DNA from: a virus
Virus record (IMG/VR): IMGVR_UViG_3300037042_006682
Coordinates: 1-64,000 of that record
DNA: 64,000 nt
Strand: one strand, 5' to 3'
The notes below the pieces were generated by a model, which searched no databases, was not told where the DNA came from, and saw nothing but the letters and a program-made list of their open reading frames with translations. This document shows, one piece after another, positions 35,301 through 42,440 of the stretch. The first letter of the stretch is position 1. Each line of letters opens with the position of its first letter. The position numbers and the translations under genes are program-made.

Positions 35301-37818
35301 TTCGGTATGACGCCGCCTCTTGCCCGCCTCGCTGAGCTTTCCTCGTGTCTCCACTGAGACCTCGCGGCCTGCACACGCCTCGCGCATCTTCTGCTTGGCC
35401 TCCTCCGTATGCTTCTTGCCCTTGCGCGCCTCGCTGATCTTGCGCCGCGCCTCCTCGCTGAACACACGCCCCTTGCCTGCCGCACTCAACTTCTCGCGAT
35501 GTTCGTCCGTCAACGGCTTCCCACGCTTCGCCGCGCTGACCTTCGCCCGCGCTTCTGCACTCAACGTCTGCCCTTTCCTCGGCATCCCGCACCTCAACGA
35601 CCAGTTCGTCCCCGACCCGCACGTCCCGCGCGTAGCGGTACACCAGCCACGCGCCCTCCCGCACCAACACCGGGTGGTCCAGCGAGGGCGCCACCGCGCC
35701 CCCATCATAGGCCAGCTCCACTAAAGGCTGGACCGTCGAGGGGCGGATGGCAAAGCGACCGTACCGCACGCGCTGCGTCGCGTGATCGAGGCACTTTACC
35801 CGCCATCGAGATCGCTCTTCTGGCGCCATTGCCACAAGCGCGCCCACTGACAGATTTGTCTGTAACACGCCGCTTTTACAATGTAAAGCAGAAGTTGATC
35901 GAACACACTCGTCGAGGGCCGCGGCGAAGGCGTTAGTGCCCATGGAGCGCTCGGCGAGGTAGCTCGCGACGATCATCTGCACGTTGTAGGGGAAGTACGT
36001 CGCCTCGGTGTGGACGTCCGGTTTGAAGTGCTCTTGGAAGTACGGGCTGATCGCGAGCTTGTTGTCGATGGCCGACTTGAGGACCTGGCGCGCGAGGACC
36101 AGGTTGCGGCTCACGAGCACGATGCTCATCTCGGAGCCCGGCGACATGCCGTAGGAGGCCTGCGGGTTCACGAGGCAGCTCAGCTCGTAGAGGAGGCGGC
36201 ACATGGCGATCGAGAGGGCGGTCGTGTTGTGTACCACCACGCCATCCGCCACGAAGTTGCGCGGCCCCGGCACCTCCACGTCGTACACGTCCTCCAGCTC
36301 CCCGCTGCCCGGATCGTAGGACACCACCTGGTCCCAGAACAGATCGCCCCACCACGCGCACCACGGCGGCAGCGTGAAGGCCTGCTGCATGCGCACGAAC
36401 TTGGGGCGCCCCTGGTAACGAGACGCGCGCCACGGCGACCAAGCCTCGTTCCGCATCGGCCCCAGCTCCCGCCGTAGGCGTCGCAGCACAGCCGCGTTCA
36501 CCGGCATGATGTCCACGTTGGTGTTGCTGGCGGTCGCCCGCGCCGTTGCGAGGATCGTCGCGCAGCGGTCTTCCTTGCCCAGCACGGGTCCCACCGCCGT
36601 CAGGAAGCGCTCCAGGTTGTCAGCCTCCGTGACGAACAGGCGCCAGGCCGGCTTGGTGCGGAGTTCCCCCTTGTGCGTGTAGGTCTTCTGGCAGGGGTAG
36701 ATCCGCGAGTGTACGCCGAAGCGCAGGAGCAACTGCCCCACGTCGCGCACGAAGCCCTCGCTGGCCAACGTCAGCTCTGCCTTGCACGGCGCCTTGGGCT
36801 CCAAAGAGCCATCCGTCGCCCACAACCGATTGAGGAACAGCCCCAACTGCCGATCGGAAAGGCCAAAGAAGGCGGAAGGCACACGCTTGTCTCGCGATAG
36901 ATGGGCAAGGTCGTATTTATCTCGCACCCACGTCGTCCCGCAAGCACGCCACTCCTCACACTGACGTCCTCTGGTATCACGCGAGGTATCCTGTGCCACG
37001 CTCTGCACCACCAAGCGCATCGCGTCGGAGACCACATGAAAGCGCTCCATCACAGGTCCTGGCTTGTTGCAGAACGTCCAATTACTGCTTGTGCAACTAC
37101 CGTTTGCCAGCATGAACGCCACGAACTCGACCTCGGCGTCCGTGACCTTCAAAGGGTGCTCCGGCGGTGGCAGCGTGCGCGCCGTCCCCACTAGGGATCC
37201 GGGCTGCATCTCGCCCGCGGGCCGATACCCGTCCGGCGTCAGCACGGGGTGGTCCGGCGTGACCTCCACCCGCTTGCCGCTCAGCAGGCGCAGCGTCCCC
37301 ACGGGTTTGCGCCCCGCACATGTAACAATTGCTGGGCGCGTAACGGTACATCCCCTGTCCTGATCATAGGCCGCCACGTGCACCGCCCCCATCTCGTTCA
37401 GGGGCACCTCGCTGATCACACGCTGCTGCCCCAGATGGGGATCGTACAGCGTGCTCCGCGCACCCAGACACTTCCCCCACCCCGTGCTGCCCCCCAGGAT
37501 GACCTCGCGGTAGTGCGCGCCCGGCTCGAAGATCTCGATGAGCTTGCGCCGCAGGACCGGGTAGAGCGTCTGGCAGGACTCCCCCAGGTAGTAGGGATCA
37601 TCAATGAAGGTCGCCATGTCGACGGGGGCCACGCGGTACCGCTTCGCGTAGCACTCGTTGACGATCTCGGGGCGCCCCGCCTGCTCCTCATACAGGAGGG
37701 CCTCGAAGAGGCGCCGCTCATCGGGGGGCAGCGCCGCGAAGCGCCGCAGGAGGGCCGCCCGGCGCTCGGCCGGCGTGCGAACCGTCCGCGCGCGCCCCTC
37801 GGGGGTGCGGACGATCAT
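32383..37818 (-). CDS. terL: Terminase large subunit; contains 3 inteins (spliced product ~668 aa)
   Basis: Walker A GSTGWGK|T, Walker B AALDE|T, RNase H-like YVHIDTSLSGDATG, STDQYQ, KIDHP..GGKD|CADAV. Confidence 0.93.
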   Translation of the reverse strand: MIVRTPEGRARTVRTPAERRAALLRRFAALPPDERRLFEALLYEEQAGRPEIVNECYAKRYRVAPVDMATFIDDPYYLGESCQTLYPVLRRKLIEIFEPGAHYREVILGGSTGWGKCLGARSTLYDPHLGQQRVISEVPLNEMGAVHVAAYDQDRGCTVTRPAIVTCAGRKPVGTLRLLSGKRVEVTPDHPVLTPDGYRPAGEMQPGSLVGTARTLPPPEHPLKVTDAEVEFVAFMLANGSCTSSNWTFCNKPGPVMERFHVVSDAMRLVVQSVAQDTSRDTRGRQCEEWRACGTTWVRDKYDLAHLSRDKRVPSAFFGLSDRQLGLFLNRLWATDGSLEPKAPCKAELTLASEGFVRDVGQLLLRFGVHSRIYPCQKTYTHKGELRTKPAWRLFVTEADNLERFLTAVGPVLGKEDRCATILATARATASNTNVDIMPVNAAVLRRLRRELGPMRNEAWSPWRASRYQGRPKFVRMQQAFTLPPWCAWWGDLFWDQVVSYDPGSGELEDVYDVEVPGPRNFVADGVVVHNTTALSIAMCRLLYELSCLVNPQASYGMSPGSEMSIVLVSRNLVLARQVLKSAIDNKLAISPYFQEHFKPDVHTEATYFPYNVQMIVASYLAERSMGTNAFAAALDECVRSTSALHCKSGVLQTNLSVGALVAMAPEERSRWRVKCLDHATQRVRYGRFAIRPSTVQPLVELAYDGGAVAPSLDHPVLVREGAWLVYRYARDVRVGDELVVEVRDAEERADVECRSAGEGQRGEAWEAVDGRTSREVECGRQGACVQRGGAAQDQRGAQGQEAYGGGQAEDARGVCRPRGLSGDTRKAQRGGQEAASYRRRAAQDVRGEYGADAYRGDAQEAQRDQHGADGQRGDAAQDVRGAAGLQGVGAERGAAAAEARDCQAADGMAPQRGDAAQDVRGTARAYSEAGERGDADQDVRGAQASHAGSGRPRTNVREGQTGGCRGVHGIAARDVGGGQSTLWQAAQQGAQAASTRGAFGEAGDAAHGGVADAHLRGERAGDPRSQADIHALGDGAGWAADTVSVGCGVGAGASPDGAGGGGGDPGRGSTAVCVIRDRGTAAVDGGGLRGGSRRRGDGGGRGEGQDIVLCASNKSAVVGDVGALPTATAAVPYRYQRIYHPVRVGWTIHQPGIHGWACPTARAAAIAGMRDSAWGVRPERCRVTDLPVDLRLTRVTAVTPLPPEQTYAIETEFQTFVADGVVVHNTNFVRSTKQKIRTADGQQKSLAHYDHAEVTYRSLERRIKSRFVQASGDLPGMIVMVSSANTVGSFIDRRLAAAHHDPSIYAMEMATWEVKPPGSFSGRTFQVLCGGSSLRSRILPPGEEVVLATLPDEARVIAVPEEYRVDFESNLEDAIRDIAGVPTTAISVFIQRTEKIQEAVNPARRHPADHQTWQYGQPLVIHWYQLARASVRRLPGGFTEEAWTPLRNPRALRYVHIDTSLSGDATGIACGHIERWVEVVRRTPEGDHYTDLAPTFVIDLVLQVRPPPGEQIQLADIRAVIYDIQAHGFVLIGFSTDQYQAVDTLQHMKRRGVASEILSVDATMVPYEALRSAIYERRIELYPHAPLLGELRALEHDRLRGKIDHPVAGGKDCLSGETKIAMLDGRAVPIRELVGREFWSYACDANGDVVPAWARNVHLVGECEMLRVWLETGLFFDCTPDHEVMLWAGTFCEAHALRPGDLLMPLSWQPPGQPHEYCVAHVEPLEAAPVFDMTVDIHHNFALAVGVFVHNCADAVAGVVAGLLKKVPRVPLGVLQPGEGRAEAEDFAWVTGQPGPEGEAEVPMLPFLMG
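32563..32979 (-). mobile_element. TerL intein 3, mini-intein (139 aa) in the nuclease domain
   Basis: CLSGETKIAMLDG...CTPDH...VFDMTV..HHNFAL..GVFVHN|C. Confidence 0.92.
34141..35907 (-). mobile_element. TerL intein 2 (589 aa) at Walker B, carrying an out-of-frame endonuclease gene
   Basis: CVRSTSAL...SLDHPVL (block B)...low-complexity middle...TYAIETEFQTFVADGVVVHN|T. Confidence 0.88.
34239..35585 (-). CDS. NUMOD3-repeat + PD-(D/E)xK (TnsA-N-like) endonuclease nested in the +1 frame of TerL intein 2
   Basis: GAGGT SD 6 nt before ATG 35585; ~10 repeats of (H)S/T.E.R.KMSEA..G; C-terminal RSDAE...VADFEV...VVVEGK. Confidence 0.85.
   Translation of the reverse strand: MPRKGQTLSAEARAKVSAAKRGKPLTDEHREKLSAAGKGRVFSEEARRKISEARKGKKHTEEAKQKMREACAGREVSVETRGKLSEAGKRRRHTEDELRKMSEANTGRTHTEETRKKLSEINTGRTASAETRRKMSEARRGCKGWVPNEEQRQRRREIAKLRTGWHHSAETRRKMSEAQRGRIQKPVSEETRIKMSEAHKRLMQDPAARERMSERAKQAVAEGCMALPPVMWGADNPRYGKPLSKAHRRRLREARLGRPGTPHTEASRTRISAGNAQAIRDRKRTYTHWVTGPDGQRIPCRSDAELVLVQALMAQEGVVAIRGEDQLPFVSYEIGGQQRLTVADFEVDRADGVTVVVEGKDKTSFYAPRTRARLLAMWGHCQRQQQPFLIVINGSTIPSVWDGPFINQAFMDGLAQRRVRQRLLVCVTPPGASDPSVVASPTSPSTSA
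36226..37470 (-). mobile_element. TerL intein 1 (415 aa) with LAGLIDADG endonuclease at Walker A
   Basis: CLGARSTLYD...VTPDHPVLT; AFMLANGS and RLWATDGS; ends VYDVEV...NFVADGVVVHN|T. Confidence 0.93.
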
Positions 37819-38591
37819 AAGGCCGGGGCCTCAGCCTCCCCCTCCGCCCCCACAATGTCGATGGTCTCGCCCCCATAGAGGTCCCCGTCATCGTCCGTGG
37901 CCAGGACCTTGAACTCCTCCAGCAGGGCGAGGACGCGCCCCCGCGCCGCGGGCCGCTGCAGCACGGCCGCCACCTCGTCCCCGAAGCGCTGCTGCACGTT
38001 GACCACGACGCTCTGCGTCATCACCACGGAGGCCCCCTTGCTGCCGTGGTTGAAGCCGTAGGCCTCCTTGACCATGTGCATGCGGCAGATGGTGTCGACC
38101 ACCTGCTGGGCCGCCTGCCCCACGGCCGGAAGCGGGATCCCCGCCTGCTGCTCGTAGGCCAGGCCCATATCCACCCGGCCCTTCAAGACGCGGTACATCT
38201 CCTCCAGCCGGCTAAACTCCAGCTCCTGGTCCTCCATGCGCTGGCGCAGCCACCCCGCCATGCGGAGCTGCGCGGCCCCCACGAACAACGCACTCGGCAT
38301 GTAGTTGACACGATATTCCTGGAGCTGGTTCTCCAGGGATCTGCGCGTGATCTCCAAACGCTCCTGCGCCTCATTATGGATGAAGGCTGCCGTCGCCTGA
38401 CACGAGTACCCCTCCGAGAGCATATCGCGCACCTGGGGCCAGCACGTGAGGGACTCCAGCTTACGCGCCGAGGCCGTCTTCGTCTTCCACCCACTCTGGG
38501 CGGGCAATACGGGTCGTTCGCGCTTCGAGACCGTAGGGGTCGCTTTGGGCTTCGGGTTCCCCTTCTTACCGACTGATCCAGCCGTCCGCAT
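37815..38591 (-). CDS. Putative terminase small subunit
   Basis: Directly upstream of and overlapping terL; basic N-terminus, HTH-like segment, helical oligomerisation region. Confidence 0.55.
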   Translation of the reverse strand: MRTAGSVGKKGNPKPKATPTVSKRERPVLPAQSGWKTKTASARKLESLTCWPQVRDMLSEGYSCQATAAFIHNEAQERLEITRRSLENQLQEYRVNYMPSALFVGAAQLRMAGWLRQRMEDQELEFSRLEEMYRVLKGRVDMGLAYEQQAGIPLPAVGQAAQQVVDTICRMHMVKEAYGFNHGSKGASVVMTQSVVVNVQQRFGDEVAAVLQRPAARGRVLALLEEFKVLATDDDGDLYGGETIDIVGAEGEAEAPAL

Positions 38592-38666
38592 CGCTCCGCT
38601 CCGCTCGCAACATCAGCTGTCCACCTACAACGGGGCCGCGCATGCGCATGCGCAGCGCGCGCCCAC

Positions 38667-39221
38667 CTACTCGCCGCGTCCCCCCGCGATCCCCAGCTTC
38701 TCCCGGATCGCCGCGAGATCCGAGCGCAGCCCGCTCAACTGCTCCCGCATCGCGTCCAACTGCGGCTGAATGCGATCCCCCGCCAGCCGCAGGGCCGTCA
38801 CATGCTCCTGCATCACCCGCGCATCCGACGCCATCGCGCTCACACGATCCGAGACAAGGCGCACCTGCTCCTCCATGGCATCCTGCCGCGCCACCGTCGC
38901 CTGCAGGTTGAAGTACAAGGTCCCCGTCATGAAGACCAAGGGCACGATCCAGATGATGATCCGCACCCAGGTGTCCCGCGTGAGCCCCCCCGGCGTCGCG
39001 GGCGGGGGGGGCGGCGGGGGGCCATAGCCCTGCACCGGCCCATAGTACGCAGGCCCCTCGGGCACCGCGAACTGCCCCGTCACATCCTCGTAGGCCCCCA
39101 CTTGGCCGGACCGCCCCACGGGGTGCTCGGGCCCGCCCGAATTGGCGGGGCCCGGCCCATAGCCCCCTGGGCTCGGGGGCGGGGCCATGTGCGGGGGGCG
39201 CGGTCTGCGGCGGTCCATCAT
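38667..39221 (-). CDS. Membrane protein: Pro-rich N-terminus, 1 TM, coiled coil
   Basis: WVRIIIWIVPLVFMTGTLYF TM; heptad C-terminus; start at ATG 39221. Confidence 0.6.
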   Translation of the reverse strand: MMDRRRPRPPHMAPPPSPGGYGPGPANSGGPEHPVGRSGQVGAYEDVTGQFAVPEGPAYYGPVQGYGPPPPPPPATPGGLTRDTWVRIIIWIVPLVFMTGTLYFNLQATVARQDAMEEQVRLVSDRVSAMASDARVMQEHVTALRLAGDRIQPQLDAMREQLSGLRSDLAAIREKLGIAGGRGE

Positions 39222-39227
39222 GCTGCC

Positions 39228-39257
39228 AGCGTACCCGAACGCCCCGCATCTCCGCAA
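39228..39257 (-). promoter_or_regulatory. Putative promoter TTGCGG-N18-TACGCT, leaderless geometry
   Basis: ATG 39221 lies 6 nt after the -10 box; no SD. Confidence 0.4.
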
Positions 39258-39290
39258 GGATCGCGTCGATCGCGCCGCGCGGGCGCGGGC

Positions 39291-39357
39291 AAAAAAAAGG
39301 GGCCGGCGACAAGCTAGGACCAGGGGGGGTGGTCGCGTTGCTCAAGTCGCCGGCCCC
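39291..39357 (-). terminator. Intrinsic terminator-like hairpin (12-bp stem, structured 35-nt loop, U8)
   Basis: GGGGCCGGCGAC...GTCGCCGGCCCC-TTTTTTTT on the minus strand. Confidence 0.7.
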
Positions 39358-39385
39358 ACAAGCCATCATGGGAGCCAACGCCATC

Positions 39386-39415
39386 ACCGTAGCGGGCCAC
39401 CCCCGCTGCTGTCAA
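39386..39415 (-). promoter_or_regulatory. Putative sigma70 promoter TTGACA-N18-TACGGT
   Basis: Perfect -35; same -35/-10/spacer length as the 43916..43945 promoter. Confidence 0.65.
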
Positions 39416-39425
39416 GGGAGAAGCG

Positions 39426-40454
39426 TTAGGGCTTCGCGTTGCCGATGTCGGCCAGGGTGGTCTCGCCGAAGAGGATCTCCGGGGCGCCCCCCGCGAAGGC
39501 CACGAGGCGGACCTGCGTGAGGTCCTGCAGGGCCTTGAGGTGCCCGGCCAGGTCCAGCGTGGGATCGGGCAGCGCCGCGGCCGGGGCCTCCGGGGCCTCC
39601 GCGCCGGCCTGCTCCGCCGCCTCCAACAGGGCCCCGCCGTAGAGGACCTTGCCGTCCTTGGGGTCGACCGCCACGATGCGCCAGCCCGTCGCGTGCTCCA
39701 CCTGCGCGAGGTACTCCGCGGGCTCGTTGCGGTTCATGTTCGTCGCCAGGAACTCCGTACAGATCATCGCCAGAGCGTGCGGCTCGCTCTCCGAAGCCGC
39801 CATGTCGCACGCCTTCTTGATCGCCCGCTCCACCGTGTCGACTTGCGACCGCATGAGGTTCCGGCTCCACTTGACGGGCTTCTGCTGGATCTGGAGCTTC
39901 TCCTCGTCCTCGTCCGCCGCCGCGCTAGTCCCCAGGCCGTTGAGGCGCTCCTGCTCCGCGTCGACCTCGCCCCGCACGAGCTTCTGCACGTCGCGCGTGC
40001 TCAGGCCCTCCACGCGGCCCAGCCAGTGCTCCGCGTTCTCCGCCGTGACCACCGGCGCGAGGTCGCGCGCCTTCGAGGCCCCCAAGCGGTCGATGCGCTC
40101 CTGCAGGGGCGCCGGGAGCGTGCGCCTCCACGCCCAGATCTGCACGAGGTACTGGGCCTTGCGCAGCTCGAAGTCGACCTCCGACTCCACGTACTCCTTC
40201 CACGAGGCGAACCCCCACGTCTGGTACAGCACCTTGTCGTACACGTGCCAGAGGGCCTCGCTCAGCTTCCAATAGTTGCTCTCGACGTTCGCCCGCAGGC
40301 GCTTCACGTCCTTGCGCACCTTCTCGGGCGCCCACTCGGCGAGGCGATCCTCGATCCCCACCTCCGCCGCGGGTTCCCCCACGCACGCCAGCTCCGTGTG
40401 CAGCCGCTCCGTCAAGACCTCCAGCACTGCCAACTCATCCTGCTTCTTCGCCAT
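39426..40454 (-). CDS. Putative DNA-binding protein (DUF3102/ParB-HTH-like)
   Basis: LSEALWHV...LYQTWGFASWKEYVESEVDFELRKAQYL...LGASKARDL; start ATG 40454 with GGAG RBS. Confidence 0.55.
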   Translation of the reverse strand: MAKKQDELAVLEVLTERLHTELACVGEPAAEVGIEDRLAEWAPEKVRKDVKRLRANVESNYWKLSEALWHVYDKVLYQTWGFASWKEYVESEVDFELRKAQYLVQIWAWRRTLPAPLQERIDRLGASKARDLAPVVTAENAEHWLGRVEGLSTRDVQKLVRGEVDAEQERLNGLGTSAAADEDEEKLQIQQKPVKWSRNLMRSQVDTVERAIKKACDMAASESEPHALAMICTEFLATNMNRNEPAEYLAQVEHATGWRIVAVDPKDGKVLYGGALLEAAEQAGAEAPEAPAAALPDPTLDLAGHLKALQDLTQVRLVAFAGGAPEILFGETTLADIGNAKP

Positions 40455-40471
40455 CACTCCACTCGCTTTCC

Positions 40472-40491
40472 TTGCGTACGCGCGTACGCAA
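40472..40491. promoter_or_regulatory. Perfect 20-bp palindrome TTGCGTACGCGCGTACGCAA (member of the dispersed 18-bp family)
   Basis: Intergenic, 17 nt upstream of ATG 40454; the identical 18-mer also occurs at 44953 and 56749. Confidence 0.6.
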
Positions 40492-40509
40492 CCCGCCGTC
40501 TGCCTGCCG

Positions 40510-41073
40510 CTAGAACAGCTTCTCTTGCTTCCACTCAAACGATCCTACGTCAACCGCCCCGCCCGTTAAGCGGTGTAGGTGCAGGGCCGCCACCGCCCAG
40601 GCGTCCGCCTGGTTGTGGTCCGCCACGGGCACCCCTTGCTTTAGCACGTGGGGCAGGATCTTGTCCTTCTTGAGGTTCCCCTTGCCGAAGATCTCCTTGC
40701 GGATCTGGCTCACGATGTAGAGCGCGGGCTCCACCCGGCACGCCAGCCACAGCTGCGTCTTCACGACCCCGTGCAGCTCCCCGAGGTCGTTCTGGGCCCC
40801 GCGTGCCCCCCAGGCGAACTGCTCGATGGCCACCCCGCAGGGGGCCGGTGCCGCCCGGTAGGCCCGCACCACCGCCGTCGCGATGTCGAGCATGCGCTCC
40901 ACGCGCTCCCGCGTCGTGGCCGTGCGCTTCAGCGCGTACCCCACGGTCTCCGCCGCCCAGACAGAGCCCGTGGCCCCGTCGAGCGTTACAAGGCCGGCCC
41001 CCCGATCCGAAAGATCGAGCCCGAGCACGCTCCCAAGGGTATTGTCTTGCCCGTTGTGCATATTCAAAACCAC
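40510..41073 (-). CDS. ruvC: RuvC-like Holliday junction resolvase
   Basis: VLGLDLS..GAG...VAIEQ...LGELHGVV...GKGN..K...HNQADAWAVA. Confidence 0.85.
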   Translation of the reverse strand: MVLNMHNGQDNTLGSVLGLDLSDRGAGLVTLDGATGSVWAAETVGYALKRTATTRERVERMLDIATAVVRAYRAAPAPCGVAIEQFAWGARGAQNDLGELHGVVKTQLWLACRVEPALYIVSQIRKEIFGKGNLKKDKILPHVLKQGVPVADHNQADAWAVAALHLHRLTGGAVDVGSFEWKQEKLF

Positions 41074-41128
41074 CTCTGACTAAAACTCCCTAGGGAGTTG
41101 TGCATAAAACACGCATAAAACGATCATT

Positions 41129-42277
41129 TCAAGGGCATTCAAACAATAAGGTCTGCCACGCCAACACCACGCACGCGGGCACCTGGCCATTGCCCAGGGC
41201 GCGAATGCGCGCCGGGCGCTTGTCACATTTGACGATCACGCGCGGCACCTGCGCCGCACCAGCGGCCTCGGCCGGGTCGGCCGCCCATTGGGTCCCCGTA
41301 ACGTGAGCCTCGCGCCATGCCGCCAGTGCGGGCGCGGCCAGCGGGCCCGGCGCAGTCCAACCCGGCACCCAGCCCATCAACCACTCAACCCAGGCGGGGT
41401 TCAGGGCTCCGCCCACCGATTGAGGGTATGCTCTAGCGATTTCCTCCTCTAAGTCTCCGTGTCCTCCATTCGCCTGCCTAGCGTGCGCAGAAGAAGCTAC
41501 ATTTCCGGGGTATAATCTAGCCTCCAGTTGCTGCACCTCTGTCCGCAGGTTGTGACCGCCCTCGCGGCCGCTATGCCCCGGCCCACCCCGACCATCGGCC
41601 CGCGTAGGCGTCGGGAACATCTGAAAGTGCTTATTGGCGTTGCCCCGCACGGCCTGGATCGGGTCGCCCCGGCCCCCGCGCTCTCCATCGGTGGCGCGGA
41701 TCGTCGGGAACCGCCGCACGACCGTCGCCAGCCCGTCCCCGCTCGTGGGGGAGAGGCCCGCCCGGTTATCATTCCCGCAGACCGTGATCGTGGGCCACAG
41801 CCCCACCGCCGCCATGCCGTCCAGGGAGTTGATCCCACCCCACTTCTTGACGTTTCCCCCGCCATTACAGTGCTTCTGGCCCGCCGTGTCCATCGCGCAC
41901 GGCGTCGGATACGTCGCTTCCAACGATCCAGATCCGCTCGCGGCGATGGGGCGCCCCGGCGTCGAGCGCGCCCAGCACGCCCCAGCACGCATCGTACCCC
42001 AGCGCGGCCAGATCTCCGAGTACGACATCAAGCCCCCGCCCAGTAAGCATTGGGCTGTTTTCCACGAGCACGTGACGGGGTCGTACCTCGCGAAGGATGC
42101 GAGCGAACTCCCGCCAGAGGCCAGATCGGGCTCCAGCGAGACCGCGCCCCGTCCCCGCGGAACTAATGTCCTGGCAGGGAAAGCCGCCCGAAACGACGTC
42201 AACAACGCCCCGCCACGGGCGTCCGTCGAAGGAACGAACATCATCCCAAATAGGGAACGGTGGCAGGTGCCCATCAT
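41129..42277 (-). CDS. C5 DNA methyltransferase second subunit (TRD repeats + motifs IX and X), overlapping the first subunit
   Basis: Repeats YPTP/WPTI/FPTI/FPTP; LNPAWVEWLMGWVPGWT (IX); RIRALGNGQVP (X); start uncertain. Confidence 0.7.
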   Translation of the reverse strand: MMGTCHRSLFGMMFVPSTDARGGALLTSFRAAFPARTLVPRGRGAVSLEPDLASGGSSLASFARYDPVTCSWKTAQCLLGGGLMSYSEIWPRWGTMRAGACWARSTPGRPIAASGSGSLEATYPTPCAMDTAGQKHCNGGGNVKKWGGINSLDGMAAVGLWPTITVCGNDNRAGLSPTSGDGLATVVRRFPTIRATDGERGGRGDPIQAVRGNANKHFQMFPTPTRADGRGGPGHSGREGGHNLRTEVQQLEARLYPGNVASSAHARQANGGHGDLEEEIARAYPQSVGGALNPAWVEWLMGWVPGWTAPGPLAAPALAAWREAHVTGTQWAADPAEAAGAAQVPRVIVKCDKRPARIRALGNGQVPACVVLAWQTLLFECP

Positions 42278-42434
42278 TCTGTCGCTCGCAAAGTCGTCGG
42301 ACGCAAAAGGCGTCCAGCTCCACGGCGCAGACGGTCCGCCAGCCAAGGAGGGATCCCCCGAGGATGCCTCCACCAGCGCCGGCAAAGAGGGCAAGTTCAC
42401 GTAAGCCGTCAACAGCGCATTTGATAGATGCCAT
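41865..42434 (-). CDS. C5 DNA (cytosine-5) methyltransferase catalytic subunit (motifs I-VIII)
   Basis: LFAGAGG (I), GGFPCQDIS (IV), VENS (VI), HRRERIWIV (VIII), stop shortly after. Confidence 0.85.
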   Translation of the reverse strand: MASIKCAVDGLRELALFAGAGGGILGGSLLGWRTVCAVELDAFCVRRLCERQNDGHLPPFPIWDDVRSFDGRPWRGVVDVVSGGFPCQDISSAGTGRGLAGARSGLWREFARILREVRPRHVLVENSPMLTGRGLDVVLGDLAALGYDACWGVLGALDAGAPHRRERIWIVGSDVSDAVRDGHGGPEAL

Positions 42435-42440
42435 GACACT

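Noticed and set aside
34990-35460. Repeated cctcggacatcttgcgccgcgtctccgcgctg-like units resembling a CRISPR array
   Set aside because: Degenerate, in-frame coding repeats of the NUMOD3 motif in the nested endonuclease
34239-35708. Treating TerL as a frameshifted pseudogene
   Set aside because: The TerL frame is continuous for 1811 codons, and all catalytic motifs reassemble after removing three inteins
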